This document shows, in pieces, positions 62,714-64,000 of a DNA stretch of 64,000 nt. The number at the start of each line of letters is the position of its first letter. Position 1 is the stretch's first letter. Under the pieces are notes generated by a model that ran no database searches, had not been told where the DNA came from, and saw nothing but the letters and a program-made list of their open reading frames with translations. The stretch is from positions 158,170-222,169 of the forward strand of contig JAEZLR010000029.1 of assembly GCA_023415205.1 (NCBI GenBank), given 5' to 3'. The position numbers and the translations under genes are program-made. This DNA comes from Bacillota bacterium (GTDB taxonomy: Bacteria > Bacillota > Clostridia > DSM-8532).

Positions 62714-63982
62714 TTATTGAGCGGCTTCAAGAGCAGCTGCTGCAAGGTCAAGTTCAGTCTTGATATCGCTACCATTCCAAATGTTAGCATAAGCAGATGC
62801 CATAGAAGGCCAGTAGGTGTTCATAGCAGGGATGCTAGGCATGGGCTTGGAGAAACCAAACTGCTCCAGGATACCAGCATGTGCATCATCAGAGATAGCA
62901 ACATCTGTGCGGGGAGGAATCTGGTTGGTGATTTCATAGCGCTTCAAAAGAGCATCCTTGGAAACGAGGAAGTTAGCAAACTTCTGAGCTTCGTCGGCAT
63001 TCTTTGAGAAGGATGATATGTACATTGCACGGATACCTGAGAAGGACTTAGGAGGAGTATCATTACCAGGAAGCTTAGGCAGTGAGGTTACACCAAAATC
63101 AACGCCTGCTTCTCTATAGGCTGAGATAGACCATGGGCCTGTAACAGCCATAGCAACGGTGCCGTTCTGGAAGCCTGCGCTCATGAAGTCGCCGGTCAAG
63201 TCAGCGGCATCTACATCAAGGTATTCTTTTCTAAACTTCTGGAAGTAGTCAAGAGACTTGATAGCTTCGGGGCTGTTAACCATGTGCTGAGCCTTATCGG
63301 TTCCGTTAGGACCAAAGAGGTCTGCGCCGTAACCGGAAAGGAACATATAATTGAAGTAGCCGTCGTCTACGTCCCAAACAATGGCGTATTTACCTTCGGA
63401 AGGCTTGTTAAAGGTTTTTGCAAACTCTTTAACTTCGTCCCAGGTCTTTGGAGGATTCTGCAAGAGAGCCTTGTTATAGAAAAGAGCATAGGTTTCAATA
63501 GCTGTAGGATAACCATAAAGCTTTCCATCATAAGAAGTTGCATTGATAGCAGCTTCAACCATTGAGCCTTTTACGTCATTAGCATTAGCGTTTTCTAAAA
63601 TAATACCGCCAACGATCATTTCGCCGAGTTTATCGTGAGGAGCTGCAAATACGTCAGCACCTACACCGGCAGGACCGTCGAGCTGAAGTCTCTGAGCAGC
63701 ATCAGTGTGAGCAACAGGCTCAACAGTGATGGTTACATGAGAATTATCTGCCATGTAGAGTTTTGCCATCTCTTCGATAAAGAGCTTTTCATTTCCGTCA
63801 GATTCCCAAACCTTGAGGGAAACAGGCTCTGCGGGTGTGGCAGACTCGGTAGGAGTTGCACTGGCAGATTCGGATGGTGTGGGGGTGGGATCGGTGGTAG
63901 CAGGCTTTTGTCCACAAGCGGTTGCTAGCGTTGCAACCATAACTAAAGCGAGGACTAAAGCGAGAATACTACGCTTCTTCAT
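62714..63982 (-). CDS. malE: maltose/maltodextrin-binding lipoprotein (ABC SBP, MalE-like)
   Basis: Lipobox LATACG, Ser/Thr/Pro linker, SBP_bac_1 body with MalE-like segments. Confidence 0.85.
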   Translation of the reverse strand: MKKRSILALVLALVMVATLATACGQKPATTDPTPTPSESASATPTESATPAEPVSLKVWESDGNEKLFIEEMAKLYMADNSHVTITVEPVAHTDAAQRLQLDGPAGVGADVFAAPHDKLGEMIVGGIILENANANDVKGSMVEAAINATSYDGKLYGYPTAIETYALFYNKALLQNPPKTWDEVKEFAKTFNKPSEGKYAIVWDVDDGYFNYMFLSGYGADLFGPNGTDKAQHMVNSPEAIKSLDYFQKFRKEYLDVDAADLTGDFMSAGFQNGTVAMAVTGPWSISAYREAGVDFGVTSLPKLPGNDTPPKSFSGIRAMYISSFSKNADEAQKFANFLVSKDALLKRYEITNQIPPRTDVAISDDAHAGILEQFGFSKPMPSIPAMNTYWPSMASAYANIWNGSDIKTELDLAAAALEAAQ

Positions 63983-64000
63983 TGAAATTTCCTCCTTATA

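Overview
The window reads as a low-GC Gram-positive (Firmicutes/Clostridia-type) chromosomal segment that is mostly core metabolism plus a large starch/maltodextrin utilisation locus; all coordinates, motifs and hairpins below were read by eye from the sequence, with no database search or folding program. The organism call rests on gene content and AGGAGG-type RBSs.

Gene content, left to right:
- 131-6132: a maltose/alpha-glucan phosphorolysis module (short-type alpha-glucan phosphorylase, GH65 disaccharide phosphorylase, LacI regulator, divergent beta-phosphoglucomutase).
- 6359-8722: purA and deoC, with a decayed 3' remnant of an AraC-family regulator between them.
- 8847-16542: a Bacillus-like conserved block ispF-metG-tatD-[membrane coiled-coil protein]-yabE-ksgA(rsmA), followed by a P/Q-rich hypothetical protein.
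- 17420-21715: a 1431-aa fusion of duplicated BadF/BcrA-type activase ATPase domains to a 2-hydroxyacyl-CoA dehydratase/double-cubane-cluster-type domain.
- 21936-22571: rex.
- 22798-30860: a complete his operon hisZ-G-D-C-B-purC-H-A-F, with purC embedded and no hisIE.
- 31299-34026: NfeD-flotillin operon plus an HTH protein.
- 34261-36369: UvrD/PcrA-like helicase.
- 36803-37666: CAAX protease.
- 38008-39792: GTP-type PEP carboxykinase with a near-perfect Rex box at its promoter.
- 39861-64000: the starch/glycogen locus: orphan sugar SBP, LacI, GH13 neopullulanase, type I pullulanase, SpeE-like membrane fusion, pyruvate kinase, GH133-type debranching enzyme, a secreted alpha-amylase lipoprotein and a malEFG ABC transporter.
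- Inserted between the debranching enzyme and the alpha-amylase: an AKR-ferredoxin fusion and a 1478-aa secreted phosphodiester-glycosidase/purple-acid-phosphatase-like protein.

No CRISPR arrays, tRNA/rRNA genes, integrases, transposases or obvious defence systems were seen. I do not see a clear novel multi-gene system here; the items most worth a second look are:
- the Rex box on pckG,
- the 1431-aa activase-dehydratase fusion,
- the secreted phosphodiester-glycosidase/PAP protein,
- unannotated small ORFs (a 42-aa SASP-like protein, a 23-aa micro-ORF, a 49-aa hydrophobic peptide),
- a heavily structured ~300-nt intergenic element upstream of the his operon,
- perfect palindromic operator candidates.
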